Shown here: piece by piece, positions 10,422-19,799 of the stretch
Position numbering within the stretch: position 1 is the stretch's first letter
How the letters are laid out: each line of letters starts with the position of its first letter
NCBI GenBank assembly: GCA_021413905.1
Contig: JAIOPO010000001.1
Span: 9,159-73,158 of the forward strand
Direction of reading: 5' to 3'
Source of the DNA: Candidatus Nomurabacteria bacterium
GTDB lineage: Bacteria > Patescibacteriota > Minisyncoccia > Phycocordibacterales > UBA9973
DNA: 64,000 bases
Notes under the pieces: model-generated
Told to the model about the DNA's origin: nothing
What the model saw: only the letters and a program-made list of their open reading frames with translations
The model's database searches: none
Position numbers and translations under genes: made by a program

Positions 10422-11744
10422 ATGAAAAATTTAGATTTAAAAAAAAATAAAATTCCAGACAAATCAGGGGTTTATTTTTTTATGGGAGGTAAAAAAATCC
10501 TTTATATTGGCAAAGCCACATCTCTAAAAGACAGAGTAAAAAGCTACTTCCCCTCGACTACGCTCGGGGCAGGTCGGCTTTTGGATTCTCGCGGACCGTT
10601 GATTACAGATATGGTTACAAAAGCTACAAATATTAAATGGCAGGAAACTGACTCGGTTTTAGAAGCACTTATTTTAGAAACGAATTTGATAAAAAAACAT
10701 CAGCCATATTACAATACAAAAGAAAAAGATGATAAAAGTTTTAATTATGTTTGCATAACGAAAGAGGAGTTGCCCAAGGTTTTGATTGTCAGAGGTAGAG
10801 ATTTACAAAAGAAAAAGAAGAATTCTCCCGCCTTCGCCCTCGGAGACATAGGACAGGGAACCCACGGCTCCTTGAATTCTTCTGTTTCTTTTTCCAGTGT
10901 GTTCGGTCCTTTTCCAAACGGCGGGCAATTGAAAGAAGCTTTGAAAATAATTCGTAGAATATTTCCTTTCTTAGACGAAAAAAGTAAAAATCATTATGAA
11001 TTTTACAAGCAAATAAATCTAGTTCCAGAAAAAAAAGATTTGTTATTAAAAAATATTAAAAATATAAAACTCTTTTTCGAGGGTAAGAAAAAATCTATTT
11101 TAAAAAATCTTGAAAAAGAAATGAATGTGTATGCAAAAAATCACGAATTTGAAAAAGCAGGTGAAATAAAAAGACAGATTTTTGCATTGAAGCATATTAA
11201 TGACATATCCCTTATCAAGAACTTACCAGAGAAGAATTTTCCTGCCTTCGCCCTCGGAGACATAGGACAGGGAACCCACGGCTCCTTAAATTCTTCTCTG
11301 TTTAATTCTTTCCGCATAGAAGCATATGATATAGCTCATATGTCTGGCAAAAATATGGTGGGTGTGATGGTGGTATTGGAAAATGGTGAAGTGAATAAAA
11401 ATCAATACAGAAAATTTTTAATAAAAAATTACACAAGTTCAAATGATACTGGTGCATTGAGTGAAGTTTTGTCTCGTCGTTTGAAACATGCAGAATGGCA
11501 GTATCCAGATTTGATTGTGGTGGATGGTGGAACAGCTCAAAGGAATGTCGCACTTAAAATATTGAAAGAATTTAATTTAAAAATACCCGTGTCGGCAGTG
11601 GTAAAAGACGAAAAACATAAAGCGAAAATGATATTGTCCGCCGATTCTAAATTTAAAAAAGCAATTTTATTGGCAAATTCTGAGGCACATAGATTTGCTA
11701 TAAAATATCATAAAATTAAAAGAAATAAAGCTTTTTTGGGTTAA
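10422..11744 (+). CDS. uvrC: excinuclease ABC subunit C (short form; GIY-YIG and endonuclease domains, no C-terminal (HhH)2)
   Basis: GIY-YIG (GVYFF...ILYIGKA) and RIEAYDIAHMSG ... LIVVDGG ... EAHRFAI motifs. Confidence 0.85.
   Translation: MKNLDLKKNKIPDKSGVYFFMGGKKILYIGKATSLKDRVKSYFPSTTLGAGRLLDSRGPLITDMVTKATNIKWQETDSVLEALILETNLIKKHQPYYNTKEKDDKSFNYVCITKEELPKVLIVRGRDLQKKKKNSPAFALGDIGQGTHGSLNSSVSFSSVFGPFPNGGQLKEALKIIRRIFPFLDEKSKNHYEFYKQINLVPEKKDLLLKNIKNIKLFFEGKKKSILKNLEKEMNVYAKNHEFEKAGEIKRQIFALKHINDISLIKNLPEKNFPAFALGDIGQGTHGSLNSSLFNSFRIEAYDIAHMSGKNMVGVMVVLENGEVNKNQYRKFLIKNYTSSNDTGALSEVLSRRLKHAEWQYPDLIVVDGGTAQRNVALKILKEFNLKIPVSAVVKDEKHKAKMILSADSKFKKAILLANSEAHRFAIKYHKIKRNKAFLG
10816..10883. mobile_element. 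68-bp GC-rich MITE-like insertion with 9-bp terminal inverted repeats (agaagaatt / aattcttct), in frame inside uvrC (copy 1)
   Basis: Near-identical to copy 2 (3 mismatches). It encodes PAFALGDIGQGTHGSLNSS. GC content is far above the surrounding sequence. Confidence 0.6.
11231..11298. mobile_element. 68-bp GC-rich MITE-like insertion with 9-bp terminal inverted repeats, in frame inside uvrC (copy 2)
   Basis: Same element 415 bp downstream, same frame, same encoded peptide. Confidence 0.6.
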
Positions 11745-11888
11745 TCTATAAAATCCTTGCTGTATTTATTTGAATAGTGATATAATATAAGAGTCGATTT
11801 TATTAATGTTTTTTAACATAAAAAATATTATGAAACTTGGAGGACATTAATTTTTAAAAACCAAAAGTTCAGACTGATTTAATTCAGA

Positions 11889-13103
11889 ATGTTCTTTTGG
11901 TTTTTTTATTTATATATGATTGAGACAAAAGATAAAAAAATATGTAGTGCTTGTGGTACCGCCCCTGTAAATCATGGTTTTATGTTTTTTTCAAAATTGA
12001 TGGATGAAACTGTCGGTAAAATAATGGATGTTTTCTTTTCTTTTTTTTTAATTAATAAATCTCGTAAATTAACGGATTGGGTTGAAAAACAATTATTTAA
12101 CATCAGTCACTTTTTAGGAATAGTAAAGTACGATGATGATATTGAAAAATCTCCAAACGGAAGATCTAAATTGATTTGGGAAGAAGCACGAAGAAGAGGT
12201 ATTGAAATGAAGCAAATCAAAGTGTTTGGAAAATGTATAGATTATTATAAAGCAAAAATAAACGGTGAAATTTATTTCTTTCAAAGTATTCCTGTACCAC
12301 CTTGGTTACCACAAGAAGGTTATAATTGGGCGGATGATAAGATGATTTTTGCTGAAAAATTGCAAAAAGCTGGCATACCTTCACCTGCGACTAAAACAGT
12401 TTATTCTGTGACCCAGGCATTTTCAGCATTTGATAAATTAAGTAAACCGTTGATTGTAAAACCAAAATCCGGTTCTCGTGGCAGACACACTACTACAAAT
12501 ATAAATACAAAAGATGAAATGAGAAAAGCCTTTAATTTAGCTTATGAGATTTCTCCGTCAATGGTTGTTCAAGAACATTTGTTTGGTTCTGTGTACCGAG
12601 CAACTGTTGTCGGTGGTAAGCTTGTGGGTTTTTTTCGGGCAGATCCTCCACAAGTCACAGGTGATGGTATTAAAAATATTAAAGAATTAATTTTAGAAAA
12701 AAATAAAAATCGTCACGAAAGAGTTTCTGATATTGTTGTTACTGATGAACTTTTAAATTTTTTAAAAAGACAAGGTTATACTTTGGATTCTGTGATACCT
12801 CTTGGTTTGACTATAAATTTGTTGGCAAAGACAGGCAGACTTTATGGATCTTATACAAAAGAAATGTTACCAGAAGTTCATTCTAAAATGCATTCTATTT
12901 TTGAAAAAGTAGGGGAAATAGCTTCTTTGCCTGTTGCTGGTTTTGATTTGATTATTCTTGATCCGACACAAGATCCAGACACACAACGTTGGGGTGTTAT
13001 TGAATGTAATTCTTTGCCATTTATCGATCTGCATTATTTCTCTTTAGAAGGTGAGCCTGTAAATGTAGCTAAAAATGTTTGGGATTTGTGGAATATTAAT
13101 TAG
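11889..13103 (+). CDS. ATP-grasp protein resembling the cyanophycin synthetase (CphA) N-terminal plus ATP-grasp region, with no Mur-ligase domains (start uncertain)
   Basis: VKPKSGSRGRHTTTNI, VVGGKLVGFFRADPPQVTGDGIKNIKELI and ECNSLP match the CphA ATP-grasp pattern. Confidence 0.55.
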   Translation: MFFWFFYLYMIETKDKKICSACGTAPVNHGFMFFSKLMDETVGKIMDVFFSFFLINKSRKLTDWVEKQLFNISHFLGIVKYDDDIEKSPNGRSKLIWEEARRRGIEMKQIKVFGKCIDYYKAKINGEIYFFQSIPVPPWLPQEGYNWADDKMIFAEKLQKAGIPSPATKTVYSVTQAFSAFDKLSKPLIVKPKSGSRGRHTTTNINTKDEMRKAFNLAYEISPSMVVQEHLFGSVYRATVVGGKLVGFFRADPPQVTGDGIKNIKELILEKNKNRHERVSDIVVTDELLNFLKRQGYTLDSVIPLGLTINLLAKTGRLYGSYTKEMLPEVHSKMHSIFEKVGEIASLPVAGFDLIILDPTQDPDTQRWGVIECNSLPFIDLHYFSLEGEPVNVAKNVWDLWNIN

Positions 13104-13135
13104 AATAATTTATATAAAAGTTATATAATTTTCTT

Positions 13136-14065
13136 ATGTCAGAAAAAAATAAAATACGGATTGGTGTATTGCGAGGAGGAATAGGTAATCATTATACTTT
13201 ATCTTTAAAAAAAGGAGGAGATATTATTTCATATATTTTAAATAATTTTCCTGAACAATATAAAGTTCTCGATATTTTGATAGATAAAGATGGTTCCTTT
13301 CATCTAAATGGTTTACCTATTAAAAAAGAAGATTTAAAAAATAAGATTGATGTTGTCTGGAATACATCACATCCAGATTTAAGCAGAATAATTTCAAATT
13401 TATCTATTCCATATGTTGGAGTTAATTCTTTTGCTTCTGTTTTGAAAGATAGTAAAGAAATATTAAAAGAACATATGAAAAAAAATAATGTTAATATTCC
13501 AAAATATATTGTATTACCTCTATATCAAAAAGATTTTGATGGACCAATAGATGATTATGCTGTTAAAAAAGCAAAAAAAGTTTTAGAAAAATTTGGAGCT
13601 CCTTGGATAGTTAAATCTTTATTTGCAAAAAAAAATATAGTCACACATGTAGCTAAAACTTTTCCTGAATTAGTAAATGCAATATCTGATATTGTTAAAC
13701 AAGATGAAAGTGTACTTGTTGAAGAATTAATTAACGGTAAAAAAGCTGTTGTTCATAGTGTAATAGGCTTTCGCAATCAACAAAATTATTATTTTCCTTT
13801 AATATCAACAGAAAAACATTCTTTTTCAAAAGATGAAAAAATAATAATAAAAAATATATCTGAAAATATTTTTAAATATTTAAATAATCCGTTTTATTCT
13901 AAGTATGAATTTATACTTACCTCTAAAGGGGAAATATATGTTGTTAATATTGATTTATATCCTGATTTAGTGAATGACCAATCTCTGATAGATTCTATTA
14001 AAGAAGTGGGAACAAAACATGATCATATTTTTAAACATATGATTGATTCTGTTTTAAAATTGTAA
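13136..14065 (+). CDS. ddl: D-alanine--D-alanine ligase family protein (divergent)
   Basis: RIGVLRGGIGNHYTLSL N-terminus, IPYVGVNSFASVLKDSKEILKEHM, and VKSLFAKKNIVTHVAK...VLVEELINGKKAVV. Confidence 0.6.
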   Translation: MSEKNKIRIGVLRGGIGNHYTLSLKKGGDIISYILNNFPEQYKVLDILIDKDGSFHLNGLPIKKEDLKNKIDVVWNTSHPDLSRIISNLSIPYVGVNSFASVLKDSKEILKEHMKKNNVNIPKYIVLPLYQKDFDGPIDDYAVKKAKKVLEKFGAPWIVKSLFAKKNIVTHVAKTFPELVNAISDIVKQDESVLVEELINGKKAVVHSVIGFRNQQNYYFPLISTEKHSFSKDEKIIIKNISENIFKYLNNPFYSKYEFILTSKGEIYVVNIDLYPDLVNDQSLIDSIKEVGTKHDHIFKHMIDSVLKL

Positions 14066-14189
14066 TATATTTATATATATTGTGATATAATGAATATCGA
14101 ATTGTTTTTATCTGTGGCGGGTTATCGCACTCACATAGGCACATATGTTGGAGGTTAGCCATCACCCGCCTCAAATAAAAATAATTTTT

Positions 14190-14230
14190 AAAAACACTAG
14201 ATTGATTTCTAGTGTTTTTATTTTTTTTGT
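14190..14230 (+). terminator. rho-independent terminator
   Basis: aacactaga-ttgatt-tctagtgtt followed by a T-run. Confidence 0.6.
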
Positions 14231-14526
14231 GTAAATAAAAGTTTTATATAAAAATATTTTACTGTATTTTTTTTATTTTAAATATTTTTTTATTTTTTAT
14301 TTAAATTTTTTTTGAAAAAATAAAAAAGTTATCCACAGTTTTTTAAAAAATATATTGTAATAAATTTTATTATGCGAGATAATTAAATTAGTTCTTCGCA
14401 ATAATTATTTTAAATATTTTTTAAAAAATAAAAAATATTTTTAGGTCGTTTTATTGCAAGTCAATTTTAATAATTAATTTTATGCGGACTTTTTATTAAA
14501 GTAAGAAGCGAGCAATATAAAATATT

Positions 14527-14604
14527 ATGGCAGCAAAAAAGAAAGTAGCAAAGAAGAAAGTAGCAAAGAAGGCAGCAAAAAAGACAACAAAAAAAAGAGC
14601 TTAG
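14527..14604 (+). CDS. 25-aa lysine/alanine-rich mini-ORF (MAAKKKVAKKKVAKKAAKKTTKKRA). Either a small basic protein or a leader peptide.
   Basis: ATG ORF sitting between two intrinsic terminators, immediately upstream of secA. Confidence 0.3.
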   Translation: MAAKKKVAKKKVAKKAAKKTTKKRA

Positions 14605-14611
14605 TCTTTTA

Positions 14612-14656
14612 AAAAAACTCTCTCGATTTAAAAACGAGAGAGTTTTTTTATTTTTA
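14612..14656 (+). terminator. strong rho-independent terminator (bidirectional shape) 40 bp upstream of secA
   Basis: aactctctcg-atttaaaaa-cgagagagtt followed by a T-run. Confidence 0.7.
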
Positions 14657-14697
14657 TACGAATTCATATTCTTGGATTTTTATGGTATCATAGAAGC

Positions 14698-17160
14698 ATG
14701 GGATTTTTTAGTAAAATATTTGGAAATACAAGCTCTGGTTTTGTCAAAAATGCCAAAGAAATAATACTTAAAATAAATTCTTTCGAAGAAAGCTTATTAT
14801 CTTTTCAAAATGAAGATTTTCCAAGAAAAACAATGGAATTTAAGGAAAGACTTGAAAATGGTGAATCCTTAGAAGATATTTTACCCGAAGCCTTTGCTTT
14901 GGTTCGTGAAGCGTCTCGTAGGAATTTAGGTGAAAGACATTACGATGTTCAACTTGTTGGTGGTCTAGCATTACATAAAGGAAAAATAGCTGAAATGAAA
15001 ACAGGTGAAGGAAAGACTTTGGTGGCTACTTTGCCAGCGTATTTAAATGCATTGGCGGGCAAGGGTGTACATATTGTGACTGTAAATGATTATCTAGCTC
15101 GTCGTGATGCTGTGCTTATGGGGCAAGTTTATAATTTTTTAGGTTTAACTGTTGGAATTATTAATTCTCAAAATGTTTCTTATTTATATGATGCGAGTCA
15201 TACAGAATTAGATCAAGACCGTGATGGGATTGGTGAATTTAAAATTGTTTATGAATTTTTAAAACCTTGTTCAAGAAGAGATGCTTATAATGCGGATATT
15301 ACATATGGCACGAATCACGAATATGGTTTTGATTATTTGAGAGATAATTTAGCAACTTCTACGAACGGATTGGTTCAACGTGGACATTTTTTTGCTATTG
15401 TTGATGAAGTAGATTCTATTTTAATAGACGAAGCTCGAACACCGCTTATTATTTCTTCTCCTTCAGAAAATTCTGAAGACTTTTATATTCAATTTTGTGA
15501 AATTGCTAAGAAATTAAAAAAAGAAAAAGATTACAACGTAGATGAAAAACTCAGAGCCATTAGTCTTACTGATGAAGGTATTACAAAAGCTGAAAAATTG
15601 CTCGGTATACAAAATATTTATACTGAAAAGGGTATTAAGTATGTACATCATTTGGAAACTGCTGTAAAAGCGCAAGCTATTTTTGAAAAAGATAAAGATT
15701 ATGTTGTTAAAGATGGTGAAGTTATAATTGTTGATCCATTTACTGGTCGTTTACAGCCAGGTAGGCGTTGGTCTGAAGGTATACATCAAGCGATTGAAGC
15801 AAAAGAAGGTGTAAAAATAGAAAAAGAAACTCGTTCATCTGGCTCTATAACTTTTCAAAATTATTTTAGATTTTATAAAACTCTTTCAGGTATGACAGGT
15901 ACCGCAGAAACTTCCGCTGAAGAATTTTTGAAAGTTTATGGTTTGGATGTGATTGTTATTCCGACAAATAGACCAGTGTCTAGAATAGACAGACCGGACA
16001 TTATCTTTCAAACAGAAAAAGGAAAACTTCAAGCTATTGCTAGAAAAGTAAAAGAATTAAATATAAAAGGTCAGCCTGTGTTGATCGGTACTATATCTAT
16101 AGAGAAAAATGAACTTCTCTCAGTTTATTTAAAACAACAAGGAGTGCCTCATGTTATTTTGAATGCTAAAAATCATGAAAAAGAAGGAGAGATAATAGCG
16201 CAAGCTGGTAAAAGAGGTGCGGTCACAATTGCTACAAATATGGCTGGACGCGGTATAGATATCAAACTTGGTGGTAATCCAATGGTAAAAGAAGAATATG
16301 ATTTTGTGAAAAATGCAGGAGGGCTTTTTGTCTTGGGTACTGAGCGTCATGAGGCGCGCAGAATTGATAATCAATTACGAGGACGTTCTGGGCGTCAGGG
16401 TGACCCGGGCGAGACACAATTTTTCGTATCTCTTGAAGATGATTTGATGCGTATTTTCGGAGCAGATAGAATAAAAAATATGATGGGTAAATTTGGTATT
16501 CCCGAAGATCATCCTATTGAAAGTCGTTTTATTGGTCGCGCTTTGGAAAATGCTCAAGAAAAAATAGAAGGTTTTCATTTTGATTCGAGGAAACATACTT
16601 TGGAATACGACGATGTTATGAATCATCAAAGGCAAGCAGTATATGCTCGTCGTCAAAAAATGATGCAAGCTGACAAGACAGAAATAGAAGGATTGTTGAA
16701 TACTCTGATTACTTTAAAAGAAAATGCAGGAGAAATTATTGAAAATAAGAAAAAGAAATTAGGCGAAGAATCATTCATGGAAACTGTTCGCCGAATATCT
16801 CTGTATATTACTGATGCTCTTTGGATGGAACATTTGGAAGATATGGATTATTTGCGCTCATCTGTAAATTTGCGTGCTTATGGTCAACGTGAGCCAATTG
16901 TGGAATACAAAAAAGAAGGTTTGTTTATGTTTAAACAAATGGAAGAGAATTTCAAAATGCAAACTTTGTCTTTGATTGAAACTATAAATGTTGAAAATAT
17001 TGAGAATAATAAATCAGCAGATATTTCTGCAGATAATCAAATTATTTTAGAAAATAATCATGTTGAATCTGGAGAATTTGAAGAAGTAAAAGATACAGGA
17101 CGCAATGACCTTTGTCCTTGTGGTTCCGGTAAAAAATTCAAAAAATGCCATGGGAAGTAG
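14698..17160 (+). CDS. secA: preprotein translocase ATPase SecA
   Basis: DEAD-like motor motifs and a C-terminal zinc-binding CPCGSGKKFKKCHG. Confidence 0.95.
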   Translation: MGFFSKIFGNTSSGFVKNAKEIILKINSFEESLLSFQNEDFPRKTMEFKERLENGESLEDILPEAFALVREASRRNLGERHYDVQLVGGLALHKGKIAEMKTGEGKTLVATLPAYLNALAGKGVHIVTVNDYLARRDAVLMGQVYNFLGLTVGIINSQNVSYLYDASHTELDQDRDGIGEFKIVYEFLKPCSRRDAYNADITYGTNHEYGFDYLRDNLATSTNGLVQRGHFFAIVDEVDSILIDEARTPLIISSPSENSEDFYIQFCEIAKKLKKEKDYNVDEKLRAISLTDEGITKAEKLLGIQNIYTEKGIKYVHHLETAVKAQAIFEKDKDYVVKDGEVIIVDPFTGRLQPGRRWSEGIHQAIEAKEGVKIEKETRSSGSITFQNYFRFYKTLSGMTGTAETSAEEFLKVYGLDVIVIPTNRPVSRIDRPDIIFQTEKGKLQAIARKVKELNIKGQPVLIGTISIEKNELLSVYLKQQGVPHVILNAKNHEKEGEIIAQAGKRGAVTIATNMAGRGIDIKLGGNPMVKEEYDFVKNAGGLFVLGTERHEARRIDNQLRGRSGRQGDPGETQFFVSLEDDLMRIFGADRIKNMMGKFGIPEDHPIESRFIGRALENAQEKIEGFHFDSRKHTLEYDDVMNHQRQAVYARRQKMMQADKTEIEGLLNTLITLKENAGEIIENKKKKLGEESFMETVRRISLYITDALWMEHLEDMDYLRSSVNLRAYGQREPIVEYKKEGLFMFKQMEENFKMQTLSLIETINVENIENNKSADISADNQIILENNHVESGEFEEVKDTGRNDLCPCGSGKKFKKCHGK

Positions 17161-18400
17161 TATAAAAAAAGTAAATAAAAAAATCAAAACAATCTGGTGG
17201 AGGATAAAGTCATATACGGCTATGTATTATTATGGACAGCCATCAAAAAAGTTAAAGATAATCGGCGTGACGGGTACAAATGGTAAGACAACGACTACCA
17301 CACTTTTATATAAAGTCGCTACCGAGCTCGGCTACAAAGCTGGCCTCATTGGTACAGTAGAAAATATTATAGCAGGAGAGAGAATGCCCACGACTCATAC
17401 GACACCAGACTCCATCACCTTAACAAAGCTTTTGGCGAAGATGGTAGAAAAAGGTTGTGAATATGTGTTCATAGAAGTATCTAGTCATGCATTAGACCAA
17501 GGCAGAGTTCTCGGGCTAAACTTTGTCGGCGGAGTATTTACGAACCTGACGCACGACCATTTAGATTATCATAAGAATTTTGATAATTATTTTACTGCGA
17601 AGAAAAAGTTATTTCAAATGCTCCCTCATCGAGCTTTTGCTTTAACAAATATAGACAATGAATACGGTATAAAAATGCTTGAAGGGATAAAAGCCAATCA
17701 GTTCTCATATGGTTTTGTTGGGGAGCCAGATAAGGTGCATTTCCATGGAGATATAAAGAAGTTAGACTTTCATGGCTTAGCGCTATCTTTTAATGATATA
17801 GAAATAAAATCAAAACTTTTAGGTAGATTTAATGCATACAATTTGTTGGCTGTGTGGAGTGCATGTTCACTCCTCGGCTACGACATGAAAAGGGTGAATA
17901 AAATATTAGAAAATATAGAGCCACCAGCTGGAAGGTTTCAGCATTTTACTGCACACAATGGTGTGCTTGTGATAGTGGACTATGCACATACACCAGATGC
18001 TTTGGAGAAAATTTTGAAAACGATTCATGAAATTAAAAAAGAAAATAGTAAAATTATTTCAGTTTTTGGTTGTGGGGGAGATAGAGATCCTTTGAAACGC
18101 AGAATAATGGGTAAAATAGGAATGACTTTTTCTGATATTGCTATCTTTACATCAGACAACCCTCGCAATGAAGACCCTATGAAAATTATAGAAATGATGC
18201 AAGGTAATTTAAATGAAGAAGAAAAGAAAAAAGTAAAAATTATCCCGGACAGAAGAGAGGCAATAATAGAGTCTCTAAAAATAGCTCAAAGTGGAGACGT
18301 GGTACTCTGTGCTGGTAAGGGACACGAAACATATCAAGAAATAAAAGGAGTCAAATATCATTTTAATGATATGGAAGAATTAAAAAAGTTTCTTGATTAA
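17150..18400 (+). CDS. murE: UDP-N-acetylmuramoyl-tripeptide synthetase MurE-type Mur ligase (N-terminal domain reduced; start uncertain, could be 17105, 17150 or 17222)
   Basis: GVTGTNGKTTTT P-loop, the DNPR motif, and GGDRD. Confidence 0.8.
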   Translation: MGSSIKKVNKKIKTIWWRIKSYTAMYYYGQPSKKLKIIGVTGTNGKTTTTTLLYKVATELGYKAGLIGTVENIIAGERMPTTHTTPDSITLTKLLAKMVEKGCEYVFIEVSSHALDQGRVLGLNFVGGVFTNLTHDHLDYHKNFDNYFTAKKKLFQMLPHRAFALTNIDNEYGIKMLEGIKANQFSYGFVGEPDKVHFHGDIKKLDFHGLALSFNDIEIKSKLLGRFNAYNLLAVWSACSLLGYDMKRVNKILENIEPPAGRFQHFTAHNGVLVIVDYAHTPDALEKILKTIHEIKKENSKIISVFGCGGDRDPLKRRIMGKIGMTFSDIAIFTSDNPRNEDPMKIIEMMQGNLNEEEKKKVKIIPDRREAIIESLKIAQSGDVVLCAGKGHETYQEIKGVKYHFNDMEELKKFLD

Positions 18401-19780
18401 TTTTGGCACTGATTCTGTCAATCCAAAAAGTGAACCGGAAGAAACCAAAACTATAATATTTTCTTTCGTTGTTATCTTTCTTATTAAATTCAGAGCTTCC
18501 TTTTCTGTTTGAGCTTTGTGAACAGAATTATATTTTTTTATTTCATTAAAAATTTCATCATAAGAAAGTTGATTATGAGTATTTGCACCATGTTCAGGTG
18601 GTGGCAATAGTATAACTTCTGAAATACCGTGAAATACATTCTTGTACCATTTTAAAGCATCTCTATTTCTCCAACTAAAAGTATGCGGTTCAAAAATAGT
18701 TATTATTTTTTTATCTGAAAAATGTAATTTCAATGCATCAAATACAGATTTTGCTTTAGAATAAGAAGAACCAAAACCTTCATAAATTGGAATTATTGAA
18801 TTTTTATTTTTTAAATCAAGTCTTCCAGAGATTCCCTTGAAGCTTTTAATTCCTTTTTTTAATTCTTCTTTATTTAATAATTTCTTTTCCAAAATAAATG
18901 CACAAACAGCTGTAATATTTTCTATATTATGTTCGCCTAAAAGTATTGTTTCTAAGGTTATTACTTTTTTTCCACGACAAAACAAATCAAAAGAAGTTTT
19001 CAGACCATATTTTATATTTTCAGGATAATATTCTGCTTTTTTATTTTTACCATAAGTGACGATTCGACACTTTGATTTTTCTGATATTTTCATTACATTT
19101 TTACCTTCTTTGTTTGCAATCAAAAGACCATTTTCCGGTAATAATTTCATCAATTCGATATAAGGTTTTACGTAATCTTTTTCTGTGGGAAATACATTTA
19201 TATGATCATGTTCACCTGAAATTAAAATGCAATTTTTTGGATGCATATGTAGAAATTTCGCCGAACTGTCCCAATTTGAAGAGGGGTATTCATCTCCTTC
19301 AATTATAAAATCTTTACTTTTACCCAAACGTGCATTTGTTTTTAAATTCAATGGAACTGCACCAATAAAAAAAGAAGGATCTTTTTTTGCATGTAATAGG
19401 CACCAAGACAAAAGACTTGTTATTGTTGATTTGCCAAAACTTCCGACGACTACTGTATTTTCTTTTTTTATGGAAATTCTCCCCAGAGCTTCCGGTAAAG
19501 ACATTATATTTTTATGAGTCATAAATGCATGCGCGACTTCTTCGTTTTCTTCTTTTGTAAGTTTTGCATGTTTTCCAATTATTATCTCATCTGCATCTTT
19601 AGGAATATTGCCTTTTTTGTGTCCTGAATAGAATTTTATTTTTGCTTTTTTGAGCATTGAATATATTGGGTCATAAAAACCTTCATCAGAGCCAGTTACT
19701 CTATATCCGGCCTTTTTATATATAAAAGCCAAAGCAGACATGCCTTTTCCACAAATACCGATAAAATGCGCTTTTTTCAT
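18380..19780 (-). CDS. murC: Mur ligase of the MurC/Mpl family
   Basis: MKKAHFIGICGKGMSALA N-terminus, GSFGKSTITS P-loop, and EGDEY. Confidence 0.7.
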   Translation of the reverse strand: MKKAHFIGICGKGMSALAFIYKKAGYRVTGSDEGFYDPIYSMLKKAKIKFYSGHKKGNIPKDADEIIIGKHAKLTKEENEEVAHAFMTHKNIMSLPEALGRISIKKENTVVVGSFGKSTITSLLSWCLLHAKKDPSFFIGAVPLNLKTNARLGKSKDFIIEGDEYPSSNWDSSAKFLHMHPKNCILISGEHDHINVFPTEKDYVKPYIELMKLLPENGLLIANKEGKNVMKISEKSKCRIVTYGKNKKAEYYPENIKYGLKTSFDLFCRGKKVITLETILLGEHNIENITAVCAFILEKKLLNKEELKKGIKSFKGISGRLDLKNKNSIIPIYEGFGSSYSKAKSVFDALKLHFSDKKIITIFEPHTFSWRNRDALKWYKNVFHGISEVILLPPPEHGANTHNQLSYDEIFNEIKKYNSVHKAQTEKEALNLIRKITTKENIIVLVSSGSLFGLTESVPKLIKKLF

Positions 19781-19799
19781 ATTTAATATTCTAACATAT

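Noticed and set aside
10816-11298. Near-identical direct repeats that could be mistaken for a CRISPR array
   Set aside because: Only two copies. They are bounded by their own terminal inverted repeats, lie in frame inside uvrC, and are separated by 347 bp of conserved coding sequence. No cas genes. A MITE-like insertion fits better.
11333-11342. catatgtctg 10-mer inside uvrC, identical to half of the REP core
   Set aside because: Only a half-site with no inverted partner. It encodes the conserved AHMSG motif. Coincidental.
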